The notes under the pieces are model-generated. The model was not told the DNA's origin, did no database searches, and was given only the letters and a program-made list of their open reading frames with translations. A program made the position numbers and the translations under genes. A DNA stretch of 64,000 nt. Origin: Bacteroidia bacterium. GTDB taxonomy: Bacteria; Bacteroidota; Bacteroidia; Chitinophagales; Saprospiraceae. Below, in pieces: positions 1 through 10,677 of this stretch. The number at the start of each line of letters is the position of its first letter. The stretch's first letter is position 1. Location of the stretch: positions 63 through 64,062 of the forward strand of contig JAHHJQ010000378.1 in the NCBI GenBank assembly GCA_018680005.1, in the 5' to 3' direction.

Positions 1-287
1 CCAACTTCATTTCCCCAGTGATCCATTACTTGCACAACATAAGCAGATGGTCCATTAGGCTTACACAATGCTGGATTGTCGGGATCCTCCAACATTACAT
101 CGTAGGTGATGATGGCTTTGCAATCGTTGTTTAGTGAGACCTGCACATCATCATTACAGTTCAATTGGCAGTCATAAGAAGAAGATTGTGCAAATGCATT
201 ATTTCCCACTAAAGCAAGAAGGGTTACAGATAGCACTAACTTCGAAACAAAAGAACTGTACGTTTGAAATACGTCGAGTTTCTTCAT
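1..287 (-). CDS. Secreted protein of unknown function; only the N-terminal 95 codons are in the window and the gene runs off the left edge
   Basis: Manual reverse-strand translation from the ATG at 287-285 gives MKKLDVFQTYSSFVSKLVLSVTLLALVGNNAFAQSSSYDCQLNCNDDVQVSLNNDCKAIITYDV... with no stop before position 1. It has a signal-peptide-like hydrophobic stretch ending AFAQ, followed by a Cys-rich segment. It is absent from the ORF track because it is truncated. Confidence 0.6.
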   Translation of the reverse strand, partial: MKKLDVFQTYSSFVSKLVLSVTLLALVGNNAFAQSSSYDCQLNCNDDVQVSLNNDCKAIITYDVMLEDPDNPALCKPNGPSAYVVQVMDHWGNEV

Positions 288-819
288 ACTTGTGTTTTTG
301 ATTTTAGAGAAGTTAAATAATAATTAGACCGTCCCCATTTGGCCTTAGATAACCACAAAGCAATGCCTTGACGTATCTCAAGCCTTGAGACGAATTCATT
401 TGTAGTAAACCTTCTTGTTGTTCGAGACTGAAAATGGATCTAAGGATCCTTACCGATTAATAGTAGCAAGATTATGGAACAATACTGGGACGTATCAAAT
501 AATCTTTGAATAGCTAGTGCTACACAAGGATTTTCATAGGTTAATGATATGTTCCAGGGTTGATCTATATCAAATATAGTGATCACATTGATTTGTAGTT
601 ACGATCATATGTATATTTTTTATTAATTATTACACATAAATATAATTGTAATATATATTCACCTGACATTCTTCAATTTAAAAAATAATGAACCCGGGGT
701 TATATTTTCTTAGCCCTTGGTTTTTCCCAATTTTCACCCTGTCATCCAGCAGAATTCGGATCGAAGCATTACCCTTTTAAGGCATGTTATTTGAACTGTT
801 ATCCATGTAAGGAAATCTA

Positions 820-3800
820 TTGTTTAGACCAATACGCATAACGTTCATTCCCGTCGTGTTTATCGCGGTGGCCTTTAATCCATGTACTTCACTATATGGG
901 CAAGAGAGTTCATTGTTTGAACATATAAATAAAACTTACGATCAAGGCTATCACCAGTCACTTCGAGATATGCTGAGCCTAGCTGCCTACGGACCCAAAA
1001 CTCCTAATATTCAGGAAAACATAGCCAGGAACATACTTTTTGATCTTCAGGACTCATTATTCAATAATCAAGAAGTCAAGGCATCTCTGACATATTACTA
1101 CAGGCATGCTGAACAAATTCAGTATTACGATCTTTGGCAGTCATTTGTCAGAAATGATCTAGAAATACCCAACAATTCATATGCTATTCTTGATCAGGAG
1201 ATAGAAGAACAGGCGTTTATCCGCAAGGCCAGTCGGGCGTATCATGCAGTAATTAAAGGAAAATACAGCACTGCCGAACAACAAGTTTCCAAAATGGGTC
1301 TCCTGGAAACCATTCGATCTAAGAGAATACTGAACGATATCCTTCAAACTTGCTTAGCATCCAACAAAAAGTCTGCTCAGCTTAGAAAACTATTATTTGC
1401 TCTCGTCCAGAAATTAATTCTTGTCGGAGATCAAAAGAGCTTTCAAACCATCGAATCCATCAGACACAAGCTTACAAGAGGAGAATCTATACTTACCAGA
1501 ATTTGTGTAGCAATAGATCAAAAAAGCAATTCGAATCTTAAAATAATAACAAGGGAACAGATTGGAATATTGAGCAATATTCAATTTACAAATCACAAGA
1601 AGCTACAATGGTATTCTGATCTATACCATATTCACAGACACTACTTCTCACACGAAGTAGACTTTCTGGGTAAAATGCTTTCAGCCGTCCCCAAAAAGCA
1701 TTTTCAATCAGAGGATATGATTACGAATATCCTGCTGGACACGAAAGACCCGAAAGCATTGTATTATATCGCTTCTAAATGGTATGTCTACGCCAAACAA
1801 AATGATCCTCGAGCTGACCATTACATGTCTTTGATAACAGGACTTATAGATCATCATGTTCAAGTCAATAGTAAAGACGGGCTGGCTTATGGCTCAAACA
1901 GACCTATAACCAAATTAACCGGCAAAAAAGCAATGTTGGCCTATTGGCTCAATAATTTTCAACATTATGAATGGAACGCTGATATCAATAGATATATCAA
2001 CAAGAATATTCTCAAAGAAGATCAAAACCAACTTGTACAACTATATAAAAATCTAAATAAGGACAATTACAAATATGCTTTGAAATCTTATAATCGACTA
2101 GTTCACAGTGATCCAATTCTAGTAGCAGAAGTTGATAAAAAATATAGTAAAAAATTACTTAACTATAATTCCAAACTACCCAGCCGTAAGTACAAGTATC
2201 TTATTCAGTTAGCTAAATTAGTATCTTACTGCAAAAGTAATCAGATCAATATTTCAATTAGAGGCCCAGTAAAACAGCTTTTATCCGAACTGTTGACAGC
2301 AAATGATATTGGCGAAATATTGACTCTGGAAAATGCCCTTGTTGAAAAAATGACTATTTCAGATATCACATCGTTTGAAATATGGTCCATAGTAAATTCA
2401 GGAATTGATCATATACCTTTCTCGGCAACACGAATTACTAATCTGGTTTATGAAAAACACTTGAAAGATATCTTAAGCGATGAAGAACAGCTCAAACTTT
2501 ACCTAAAGAAATCAGGTCTATTCAAAAAGTTTGGTGATCATGGATCCAATAAATATTATTTGAACCGGATATTGAATTCAAATTTCATTAATTACAAATT
2601 GGTGGAATCTATAAGAACCACGATTATAGATAGAGATATTCTTGAATCAATTGAATATTTACAACGAGATAAAACCAATAATACTACTAATCAATACATT
2701 ATTCCCGTTGATGATTTTATTAAGCATCCACCAAGAGTAAACAACAGCAATATTCAACTTAAATCAAAATTTACCAAAAGAGATCTGGAAAAAATATTTG
2801 ATCGCTTTAAAGATGAATATAATGCATATCAGAAATACCTCATCCTTCAAATAATTAATAAAGAACAAATCTTTGATGCAATACCATTTCTCATACGTTT
2901 GTTAGATTCTCAAGAAGTTGTTAAAGACAATAATGGAATTGAAATTAATCTGAATGAATTTGTTGAAAGTATCTTAAACATTCTAATTGGAAACCAAAGG
3001 ATTAAAACAGGTTCAAAATTTTTCTCTAAATACGAACTGATATTTAAAAGAATCTTTAGTGATAAGATTGATTTCATCTCGCAGGCTTCTGAGATCGGAA
3101 TTGATGATATTCAAATTATAATAGAATCACCATTCTACAATGCAGAAGCACATCGGAAAATTATTATCAATTCTATCCCAAAGATAACGCCGTTGAGAAA
3201 TATCATGCATGTAAATCTAAAGCCGATGCTTTCAATAGAAGAGGCAGAGAAGATATATACTCAGACCCAATCACTTCGGCTTATTGACTACTTGATTCCA
3301 ATATTGAACGGGCAAGATAAGGACAAATTAATTGAACTTCTGATCCAGATATACAAGAATAAAGATAACAAAGAGAAGGGTATATTTTTTAATCGCCTAT
3401 TTAAGCAAAGATGGTTTTTAGATTGCATTAATGCATCTGAAACTGATGGAGAAATGAAAATAGAAATTCAATGGATACTCACAGAATATCTTGAAGGACA
3501 TCATATTCTTTCCGCTTTTGAAGAGGAGCAGACTATTCTAAATATTATCCAATTAGAATTGTCATCCAAAAATCTAGATGAAAAGATTCAAGCTATTCTT
3601 AAGTCATTTGTTGATGACGATATCAAAATGAAATCACTAGAAAGTTTAGTGACAACATTAAAATATGAAGAGATTCCTGTTCTATTAAATTTCCATGAGG
3701 ATATTCGAAATTTGAACGGTATTGAAGTATTTAGTTTTATCAATAACGACTTTGGCATACCATGGATATCTTACGATGATCTTGTTCAGATGGAACAATT

Positions 3801-4161
3801 GGGCAAAGATATCAATGAACATCGTCCAGAAGAAGTGTATATGAAATATCTCAAATTACTCGGTGTTGATGTTTTTGATCAAGATGGTACTTTGGATATC
3901 ATTAAAGCTATGAATATACTAGAGGATGATTTGGTACGGCCTTTTGTTGGACCCGGAGGTGAGGTGAGAGATATTTATGTCTATGGTGTGATAAAACTAT
4001 TAGAATTTCAATATAAAACCAGATTAGGCTTTCATGAAAAACTAAATGAATCTCAGAGTTTTTATAAATACACTTCCGTCAAAAGGGCACATGCCTGGAT
4101 AGATTATCTGAAGAAATATCAGGAAACAAATGCTTCCTCTTACTTATCTAAGGTCGAATGA
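820..4161 (+). CDS. Large hypothetical protein (1113 aa) with an N-terminal signal-like or membrane-anchor segment and no recognisable domain
   Basis: Uninterrupted 3.3-kb ORF with a TTG start. The N-terminus MFRPIRITFIPVVFIAVAFNPCTSLYGQ is hydrophobic. The rest is K/N/I/E/L-rich and looks helical. I could find no P-loop, catalytic signature or T9SS CTD. Confidence 0.7.
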   Translation: MFRPIRITFIPVVFIAVAFNPCTSLYGQESSLFEHINKTYDQGYHQSLRDMLSLAAYGPKTPNIQENIARNILFDLQDSLFNNQEVKASLTYYYRHAEQIQYYDLWQSFVRNDLEIPNNSYAILDQEIEEQAFIRKASRAYHAVIKGKYSTAEQQVSKMGLLETIRSKRILNDILQTCLASNKKSAQLRKLLFALVQKLILVGDQKSFQTIESIRHKLTRGESILTRICVAIDQKSNSNLKIITREQIGILSNIQFTNHKKLQWYSDLYHIHRHYFSHEVDFLGKMLSAVPKKHFQSEDMITNILLDTKDPKALYYIASKWYVYAKQNDPRADHYMSLITGLIDHHVQVNSKDGLAYGSNRPITKLTGKKAMLAYWLNNFQHYEWNADINRYINKNILKEDQNQLVQLYKNLNKDNYKYALKSYNRLVHSDPILVAEVDKKYSKKLLNYNSKLPSRKYKYLIQLAKLVSYCKSNQINISIRGPVKQLLSELLTANDIGEILTLENALVEKMTISDITSFEIWSIVNSGIDHIPFSATRITNLVYEKHLKDILSDEEQLKLYLKKSGLFKKFGDHGSNKYYLNRILNSNFINYKLVESIRTTIIDRDILESIEYLQRDKTNNTTNQYIIPVDDFIKHPPRVNNSNIQLKSKFTKRDLEKIFDRFKDEYNAYQKYLILQIINKEQIFDAIPFLIRLLDSQEVVKDNNGIEINLNEFVESILNILIGNQRIKTGSKFFSKYELIFKRIFSDKIDFISQASEIGIDDIQIIIESPFYNAEAHRKIIINSIPKITPLRNIMHVNLKPMLSIEEAEKIYTQTQSLRLIDYLIPILNGQDKDKLIELLIQIYKNKDNKEKGIFFNRLFKQRWFLDCINASETDGEMKIEIQWILTEYLEGHHILSAFEEEQTILNIIQLELSSKNLDEKIQAILKSFVDDDIKMKSLESLVTTLKYEEIPVLLNFHEDIRNLNGIEVFSFINNDFGIPWISYDDLVQMEQLGKDINEHRPEEVYMKYLKLLGVDVFDQDGTLDIIKAMNILEDDLVRPFVGPGGEVRDIYVYGVIKLLEFQYKTRLGFHEKLNESQSFYKYTSVKRAHAWIDYLKKYQETNASSYLSKVE

Positions 4162-5188
4162 TTATCAACCGTTTTGTGGATATTACGTTGCCAGCTTCAT
4201 CCTCAAGAATATAGAAATAGCTTCCTTTCCGAATTCCTTGAAGGTCAAATAAGAAAGTGCCAGGAGAATAATATTGAATGGTTTTTACAAGTTCGGTTTG
4301 TCCAAGAATATTTTTAACACTTATCCGGTAAGTTCCAATATTCAAATTCTTCAATTCAAATCTTACATCATTGATCACCGGATTAGGAATAGCACGGATG
4401 GAAGGAATGCCTCGAAGTCTTAATTTGCCCAGCGTTTTGGAGCTCGATAACATTGCTAATTGTTGGGCATTCTCATCTTCGTGGATTATGGCCTGAGGGA
4501 ATTTATAATCACCGCTTTTAAAGATGTACTGAATTAAATTCTGACTATAATTCCAGGTATTGTTGGGATCGATATCATTCAATGCTTCCCATTGTAACGG
4601 ATTGATCAATACTTCAATTGCTTGCTCGAAATCAATGGCCCTTTGGTAAATCCTGCAATCTTCTGATTTGGAGGGCATGGCTACTTTACCTATCCCAAGA
4701 TATTGATCTGTGTATGAAATATTATGTATAATTCTAATTGAATCTGGTCGAATCGGTAATTCATCAATTTTTTGCTTTACAATTTCATCACCGCCTAATA
4801 CAATGGAGTACCGGGTGGAATATGTCCCATTTTCGATACTAGAAATGGTCATTGGGTTTTGTAATTCTGCTGTCCGAGTGACATAAGAATTCAAAAGTCG
4901 GCTTATTACAAGTTTGGTGATTGCCCCATTTTGAATTTGGGATTTACCATAGAATGGAATATTAAATTCACCAACACTTGTGCTGACTATATGCACTATT
5001 CGATCAGCGGCAACCTGGGTCAAATCCCATTCCCCTGTTGTTTTTGAATCCTCGATATTCAAATATGAAGGAGATTCATCGATCAGATAATGATAGGAAT
5101 TGTCTAATTCATTAAACTCCGACTGTGCATAGATCAAGATGCAGGATAAATAAAAAAATATAGTTAAAGTTGATCTGACCAATGACAA
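4148..5188 (-). CDS. Secreted protein with a T9SS type A C-terminal sorting domain
   Basis: N-terminal signal peptide (LSCILIYAQS). The C-terminal ~80 aa (NPVINDVRFELKNLNIGTYRISVKNILGQTELVKTIQYYSPGTFLFDLQGIRKGSYFYILEDEAGNVISTKRLIIIRP) matches the Por secretion tail pattern. There is no ATG in the signal region, so a TTG start is likely. Confidence 0.75.
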   Translation of the reverse strand: MSLVRSTLTIFFYLSCILIYAQSEFNELDNSYHYLIDESPSYLNIEDSKTTGEWDLTQVAADRIVHIVSTSVGEFNIPFYGKSQIQNGAITKLVISRLLNSYVTRTAELQNPMTISSIENGTYSTRYSIVLGGDEIVKQKIDELPIRPDSIRIIHNISYTDQYLGIGKVAMPSKSEDCRIYQRAIDFEQAIEVLINPLQWEALNDIDPNNTWNYSQNLIQYIFKSGDYKFPQAIIHEDENAQQLAMLSSSKTLGKLRLRGIPSIRAIPNPVINDVRFELKNLNIGTYRISVKNILGQTELVKTIQYYSPGTFLFDLQGIRKGSYFYILEDEAGNVISTKRLIIIRP

Positions 5189-5219
5189 ATTTGATTATAG
5201 TGATCTATGAAGCAATAGA

Positions 5220-7043
5220 TTAGATCTCTTGCAGCTTCACTAAGTTATAGTATTCACCTTGTTTTTGGATAAGTGTATCATGATTTCCTCTTTCCATAAT
5301 TTCTCCACGTTTCATAACTATGATCTCGTCAGCGTATTGTATAGTGGATAATCGATGTGCTATTATTAACGCTGTTCGACCCTTCATTATCCTGTCAATC
5401 GCATCCTGAACCAATTTTTCAGATTCGGAATCTAAAGCCGAAGTGGCTTCATCCAATAACATGATCGGTGGATTCTTCAGTATAGCCCTGGCAATCGTTA
5501 GTCGTTGTCTCTGCCCACCACTCAGCTTCCTTCCCTGATCACCAATATTATAGCTATAATCACCGTCAAGCTGTTCTAGAAACTCGGAAGCATTGGCGTG
5601 TTGAGCGGCATTTTTAATATCATCAAGATCAATATTTGGCTGCCCAAAACGAATGTTCTCTTCTACACTTCCGTTAAAAAGTATGGCTTCCTGAGAAATA
5701 AATCCTATCAGTCTCCTCAAAGATGACTTTTTTATCTTTCGTATATCAATCCCATCTATAAGAATACGCCCCTTTTCAACTTCATAAAATCTATTCAGAA
5801 GATTGGCGAGCGTCGACTTTCCACTTCCTGATTGACCAACAAATGCAATGGTCTTTCCCTTCGGAATTGTAAGATTAAAATCTTTTATAACTTCTTTATC
5901 ACCATATCCAAAGGATACATTTTCAAAGACAATTTCTTTTTCAAATGCTCCAATTTCGACGGCGTCTTCCTGATCTTCCAACGGATTAGGCAGATCCAAT
6001 ATTTCGAAGATCCTGGAAGCAGAAGCATCTCCTCTTTTGATATCATAACTTGCCTTACTCAGATTTTTTGCTGGCGCAATGATTTGATAAAAGAGCGCTA
6101 TATAAGCCAGGAAAGTCTCTGGTTCCAGAGATCCCTTATTCAGGATCAGATTACCACCGTACCACATAATCGCAATAATAATAATACTTCCTAGTGCCTC
6201 AGAAATTGGAGACGCGAGTTCTGTGCGGTACATCATCCGATTACCTTGGGTAAATACCATCTGATTTGCATCCTGAAAGCGACTTTTTGCACTGTTTTCA
6301 GCAACAAATGATTTGATAATACCGATACCATTAATGTGTTCTTCTAAATAGGATACAAGCCTTCCAAGTTCTTTTTTCAGAACCTCAGAGGGCTTTTTTA
6401 GACTATTGCCGATTGATGATATGATAATGCCCATAATAGGAATAAGGACAATCACGAAAAGCGTCAATTGTGGAGACATAATGACCATAAATGTGATCGT
6501 CAAGATGATCATCAATGGATCCTGAGCTAGTTTTTGAATTGATCCTAAAATCGCCCATTGCACCTCAAGAACATCATTGGTTACTCTGGCTAGGATATCT
6601 CCTTTGCGAGTTTCACTAAAAGCTGCAATAGGAAGACTCAATATCTTGTCATGAATGGCTGTGCGCATATCGCGCTCAATACCATTCTTCATATAAACCA
6701 GAAATGCCGAACCGAAATATCTCGTTACATTCTTTAAGATAAATGCTATAGCACCAACAATCAAAACCCATTTGAGCACAGCACTATGCCCATAAGTCTG
6801 AATCCATTGGCTCAAATAAAAATTGAGCTGTGACTCCAGAAAAACGCCTATTTGTGAAATACCCTGGTATGGTATGGTCTCAACCACCTCCTGTGTATTT
6901 TTCAAAATAAACTTTAAGACAGGAATCAGCATCAGGATACTAAACACCGAAAAAATGACCATCAAGATGTTGAAGACCACAGCCATGACGATCTGGAACT
7001 TGTATGGTTTGGCGTAATTTAGGATTCGCCAGAAATTTTGCAT
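5220..7043 (-). CDS. ABC transporter with fused permease and ATPase, MsbA-like lipid/multidrug exporter family
   Basis: Six-TM N-terminal half. Walker A GQSGSGKST, ABC signature LSGGQRQR and Walker B ILLDEATSALD are all present. Confidence 0.9.
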   Translation of the reverse strand: MQNFWRILNYAKPYKFQIVMAVVFNILMVIFSVFSILMLIPVLKFILKNTQEVVETIPYQGISQIGVFLESQLNFYLSQWIQTYGHSAVLKWVLIVGAIAFILKNVTRYFGSAFLVYMKNGIERDMRTAIHDKILSLPIAAFSETRKGDILARVTNDVLEVQWAILGSIQKLAQDPLMIILTITFMVIMSPQLTLFVIVLIPIMGIIISSIGNSLKKPSEVLKKELGRLVSYLEEHINGIGIIKSFVAENSAKSRFQDANQMVFTQGNRMMYRTELASPISEALGSIIIIAIMWYGGNLILNKGSLEPETFLAYIALFYQIIAPAKNLSKASYDIKRGDASASRIFEILDLPNPLEDQEDAVEIGAFEKEIVFENVSFGYGDKEVIKDFNLTIPKGKTIAFVGQSGSGKSTLANLLNRFYEVEKGRILIDGIDIRKIKKSSLRRLIGFISQEAILFNGSVEENIRFGQPNIDLDDIKNAAQHANASEFLEQLDGDYSYNIGDQGRKLSGGQRQRLTIARAILKNPPIMLLDEATSALDSESEKLVQDAIDRIMKGRTALIIAHRLSTIQYADEIIVMKRGEIMERGNHDTLIQKQGEYYNLVKLQEI

Positions 7044-7094
7044 AGCTAAAGGTTATAATTAAGCTATGAAACGTGTAAGTCGATCCAATTCAAT

Positions 7095-8444
7095 TTATTC
7101 TTCAGTTTTTCCAAAGTCTGATTGCTCCAGGAATGCAGTGGTAAATTCACCTTTTCTAAACTGTTCATCTTTCATGAGCCACTGGTGAAATGGAACCGTT
7201 GTCTTTATTCCCTCCGCTATGAATTCGTACAGCGCTCTTTGCATCTTTGTAATACACTCTTCACGAGTTTGGGCTTTGCAAATAAGTTTGGCTATCATAG
7301 AATCATAATATGGTGGTACCGAGTATCCGGCATAGACGTGTGTATCTACTCGAACACCATGCCCTTTGGGGCTATGAAAAGAGGTGATCTTGCCAGGGCT
7401 TGGTCTGAAGTTGTTAAATGGGTCCTCGGCATTGATTCGACACTCAATAGCATGCATAGTTGGAAAAAAGTTCTCTCCGGATATTTTTATTCCTGCAGCA
7501 ACCTTAATCTGCTCTTTGATAAGATCATGATCAATTACTTCCTCAGTGACAGTATGCTCCACTTGAATCCGAGTATTCATTTCCATAAAAAAGAAATTGC
7601 GGTGCTTATCAACTAAGAATTCAACTGTTCCGACGCCTTCGTATTTGATTGCCTCTCCAGCCTTTATAGCTGCTTCCCCCATTTCTTTTCTGAGTTTGTC
7701 CGTCATGAATGGAGAAGGTGACTCTTCAACTAACTTTTGGTGTCTTCTTTGTATGGTGCAGTCTCTTTCAGATAGATGACAGACAGTGCCAAACTGATCG
7801 CCAATGATTTGAAATTCAATATGTCGAGGTTCTTCAACAAATTTCTCAACATAGATTCCGTCATTGCCAAAAGAAGCTTTGGCTTCATTTCTCGCCAGGT
7901 TCCATTGTTCTTCAAACTCATCAGGTTCCCAAACCAAACGCATTCCTTTTCCACCTCCACCGGCAGTCGCCTTTAACATTACTGGATAACCTATCTCCTT
8001 GGCACTCTTGAGACCTGATTTTAAGTCTTTTAATAATCCATCAGATCCGGGAACAACAGGCACACCAGCTTTCTTCATTGTCTCTTTCGCTGTAATCTTG
8101 TCGCCCATCTTCTGAATCATCTTCGAGGTGGGGCCAATGAATTTTATTCCATAAGAGGAGCATACCTCAGCAAACTCAGCATTTTCTGCAAGAAAACCGT
8201 ACCCGGGATGCACAGCATCTGCGTTGGTGATTTCAACAGCAGCCATGATTTTGGGGATGTTGAGATATGACTCGGATGCTGCTGGAGGGCCTATACAAAC
8301 CGCTTCGTCTGCAAATCTTACATGCAGGCTTTCTTTATCGGCAGTACTATAAACAGCAACTGTAGAAATACCCATCTCTTTGCATGTACGAACTATTCGT
8401 AACGCAATTTCCCCTCTATTGGCAATTAATATCTTTTCAAACAT
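7095..8444 (-). CDS. accC: Acetyl-CoA carboxylase, biotin carboxylase subunit
   Basis: [18 protein letters not shown]-terminus, ATP-grasp core (GGGGKGMR) and [14 protein letters not shown] motif, located directly downstream of accB. Confidence 0.97.
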   Translation of the reverse strand: MFEKILIANRGEIALRIVRTCKEMGISTVAVYSTADKESLHVRFADEAVCIGPPAASESYLNIPKIMAAVEITNADAVHPGYGFLAENAEFAEVCSSYGIKFIGPTSKMIQKMGDKITAKETMKKAGVPVVPGSDGLLKDLKSGLKSAKEIGYPVMLKATAGGGGKGMRLVWEPDEFEEQWNLARNEAKASFGNDGIYVEKFVEEPRHIEFQIIGDQFGTVCHLSERDCTIQRRHQKLVEESPSPFMTDKLRKEMGEAAIKAGEAIKYEGVGTVEFLVDKHRNFFFMEMNTRIQVEHTVTEEVIDHDLIKEQIKVAAGIKISGENFFPTMHAIECRINAEDPFNNFRPSPGKITSFHSPKGHGVRVDTHVYAGYSVPPYYDSMIAKLICKAQTREECITKMQRALYEFIAEGIKTTVPFHQWLMKDEQFRKGEFTTAFLEQSDFGKTEE

Positions 8445-8496
8445 GAAGTTTCAGAATTCTTAGGTGAGCACACCAGTAGTCCAGCAATAGAATTTT

Positions 8497-9018
8497 CTAT
8501 GAATTGGGTTCCACCAGATACAAAACCTGATCATATTCAACAGGTGATGCATCATCGGCCATAACTTTAACTATGGTACCGGCAACCTCAGATTCTATCT
8601 CGTTGAAAAGTTTCATTGCTTCAACAATACAAACCACTGAACCTACTTCAACAGAATCACCAACTTTAACGTAATTAGGCTTATCAGGAGAAGGAGATCT
8701 ATAGAAGGTCCCTACCATAGGGGATTTAATTTCTAAATAATTCGTCCCTGATTTTTCCGCAGCACCCGGGTCGGATGGTACGGTAGCTTCTGATGTACTT
8801 CTAGCTGCAGCTGGAGCAGTGACAGCTGGTGTTCCTGGAACCGGAGCAGACGGTACAGGTATGATAGAAGGTTGAACGGTGGATACTTTCCGATCTTTAT
8901 ACCTACCGTACTTTTTGGTTCTTATTGAAACCTCAAAGTCACCATTCTTCATTTTGAATTCAGTAAGATTAGATTTTCCGACTAGCTTGATTAGCTCTTG
9001 TACTTCTTTAAATGTCAT
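8497..9018 (-). CDS. accB: Acetyl-CoA carboxylase, biotin carboxyl carrier protein
   Basis: Pro/Ala-rich linker followed by a biotinyl-lysine motif (EAMKLFNEIE) in a C-terminal lipoyl-like domain. Confidence 0.95.
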   Translation of the reverse strand: MTFKEVQELIKLVGKSNLTEFKMKNGDFEVSIRTKKYGRYKDRKVSTVQPSIIPVPSAPVPGTPAVTAPAAARSTSEATVPSDPGAAEKSGTNYLEIKSPMVGTFYRSPSPDKPNYVKVGDSVEVGSVVCIVEAMKLFNEIESEVAGTIVKVMADDASPVEYDQVLYLVEPNS

Positions 9019-9024
9019 ATTTTT

Positions 9025-9591
9025 TTATTGTTTGACACGTTCAACATATGAACCGGTACTGGTTTCAATCTTGACAATATCGCCTTCATTGATGAAGAGT
9101 GGGACACGTATTTCAGCTCCTGTTTCGACAGTTGCTGGTTTTTGCGCATTGGTAGCTGTATCACCTTTAACCCCAGGTTCTGTATAAGTAATCTTCAGTT
9201 GCACATATTGAGGCATGTCAACAGTTAATGGTCTTCCTTCTCCTGCATGCATGAGCACCTCAACATCGGATCCTTCTTTCATCAATCCCGGATTATCAAT
9301 AAGTTTAGGATCAATGGTTATCTGTTCATAGGTTTCATTGTCCATGAAGTTATATCCCATATCATCCTTATACAAGAATTGATATTTTTTTCTTTCCACT
9401 CTCACAATATCAATTTTGTGACTGGCGGGAAAAGTATTGTCTATAACTTTACCTGAGGTGAGGCTCTTCAGTTTGGTCCTTACAAATGCAGCCCCTTTCC
9501 CTGGCTTGACATGTTGAAACTGTACCACAGAAAATACATCATTATTGTAGTTGATACACAATCCGTTTCTTATTTCGGAGGTATTAGCCAT
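9025..9591 (-). CDS. efp: Translation elongation factor P
   Basis: 188 aa with a typical EF-P N-terminus (SEIRNGLCINYNNDVFSVVQFQHVKPGKGAAFVRTKLK). The efp-accB-accC order is the one conserved in Bacteroidota. Confidence 0.96.
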   Translation of the reverse strand: MANTSEIRNGLCINYNNDVFSVVQFQHVKPGKGAAFVRTKLKSLTSGKVIDNTFPASHKIDIVRVERKKYQFLYKDDMGYNFMDNETYEQITIDPKLIDNPGLMKEGSDVEVLMHAGEGRPLTVDMPQYVQLKITYTEPGVKGDTATNAQKPATVETGAEIRVPLFINEGDIVKIETSTGSYVERVKQ

Positions 9592-9684
9592 ACATTAATT
9601 TACAAGTTTTGAAAAGGATTGCAAAACTATGAAAAAAAGGAGTCTAGATAAAGGCTAATGACCAAGATGATCTATATATCTCTG

Positions 9685-10677
9685 CTAATATGCCCACTTT
9701 AGATATATTGCACCAAAGGTAAAGCCTCCACCGAAGGCCGTAAGGATCAAATTATCACCTTTTTTGAATGTGTTCTCCCACTCCCAAAGACACAGTGGAA
9801 TGGTTGCAGAGGTGGTATTCCCATATTTTTGAATATTAATGGTCACTTTGTCAATGGGAAAATCAAGACCCTTGGCTACCGAATTGAGGATTCGCAAATT
9901 AGCTTGGTGTGGGACGATCCAATCAATATCGTCTTTTGTAATATTATTTCTCTCCATCACTTCATTTATAGAGTCTATCATCCCGTTAACAGCATATTTA
10001 AAAACTGGTCTTCCGTCTTGAAAGAGAAAATGATCTCCTGCTTTCACATTTTCAATACTTGCCGGATTGAGGGAGCCGCCTGCTTTCTTGTACAAAAATT
10101 TGCCACCTTCGGGATTGCACTTCAGGTTAGAATCGATGATACAATCATCATCATAGGTTGGTTCCAATAGAACCGCACCTCCAGCATCACCAAAAAGAAT
10201 GCAAGTCTTTCTGTCCGTATAATCTGTTATGGCAGACATCATATCTGCTCCAACAACAATAACCTTTTTGTGCAACCCGGTTTGAATGAACTGAGCAGCA
10301 GTAGTCAATGCAAAGATAAATCCCGAACATGCTGCATGCAGATCGAAGCCATATGCTTTACTCAACCCAACTTTGTCACAAATGATATTCGCAGTATCGG
10401 GGAAGGACATGTCCTCAGTAACTGTCGCAACAACTATAAGATCAACTTCAGCCGGATCCGTGTTGGTTTTTTCGAGTAATGCCTTGACTGCGGGTACTGC
10501 AAGATCTGAAGTCGCTTTGCCCTCACCTTTTAAAATTCTCCTTTCCTCAATGCCTGTTCGGCTTCTAATCCATTCATCGTTGGTATCCACCATTGTCTCT
10601 AACTCCGCATTTGTCAGTCGATACTCAGGAACATATCCATGCACACCACTTATTTTCGCATTTACAAGTGTCTTCAT
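9685..10677 (-). CDS. fabH: 3-oxoacyl-ACP synthase III
   Basis: 330 aa with active-site context AACSGF, HQAN and GNTSSA motifs (Cys-His-Asn triad). Confidence 0.95.
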   Translation of the reverse strand: MKTLVNAKISGVHGYVPEYRLTNAELETMVDTNDEWIRSRTGIEERRILKGEGKATSDLAVPAVKALLEKTNTDPAEVDLIVVATVTEDMSFPDTANIICDKVGLSKAYGFDLHAACSGFIFALTTAAQFIQTGLHKKVIVVGADMMSAITDYTDRKTCILFGDAGGAVLLEPTYDDDCIIDSNLKCNPEGGKFLYKKAGGSLNPASIENVKAGDHFLFQDGRPVFKYAVNGMIDSINEVMERNNITKDDIDWIVPHQANLRILNSVAKGLDFPIDKVTINIQKYGNTTSATIPLCLWEWENTFKKGDNLILTAFGGGFTFGAIYLKWAY

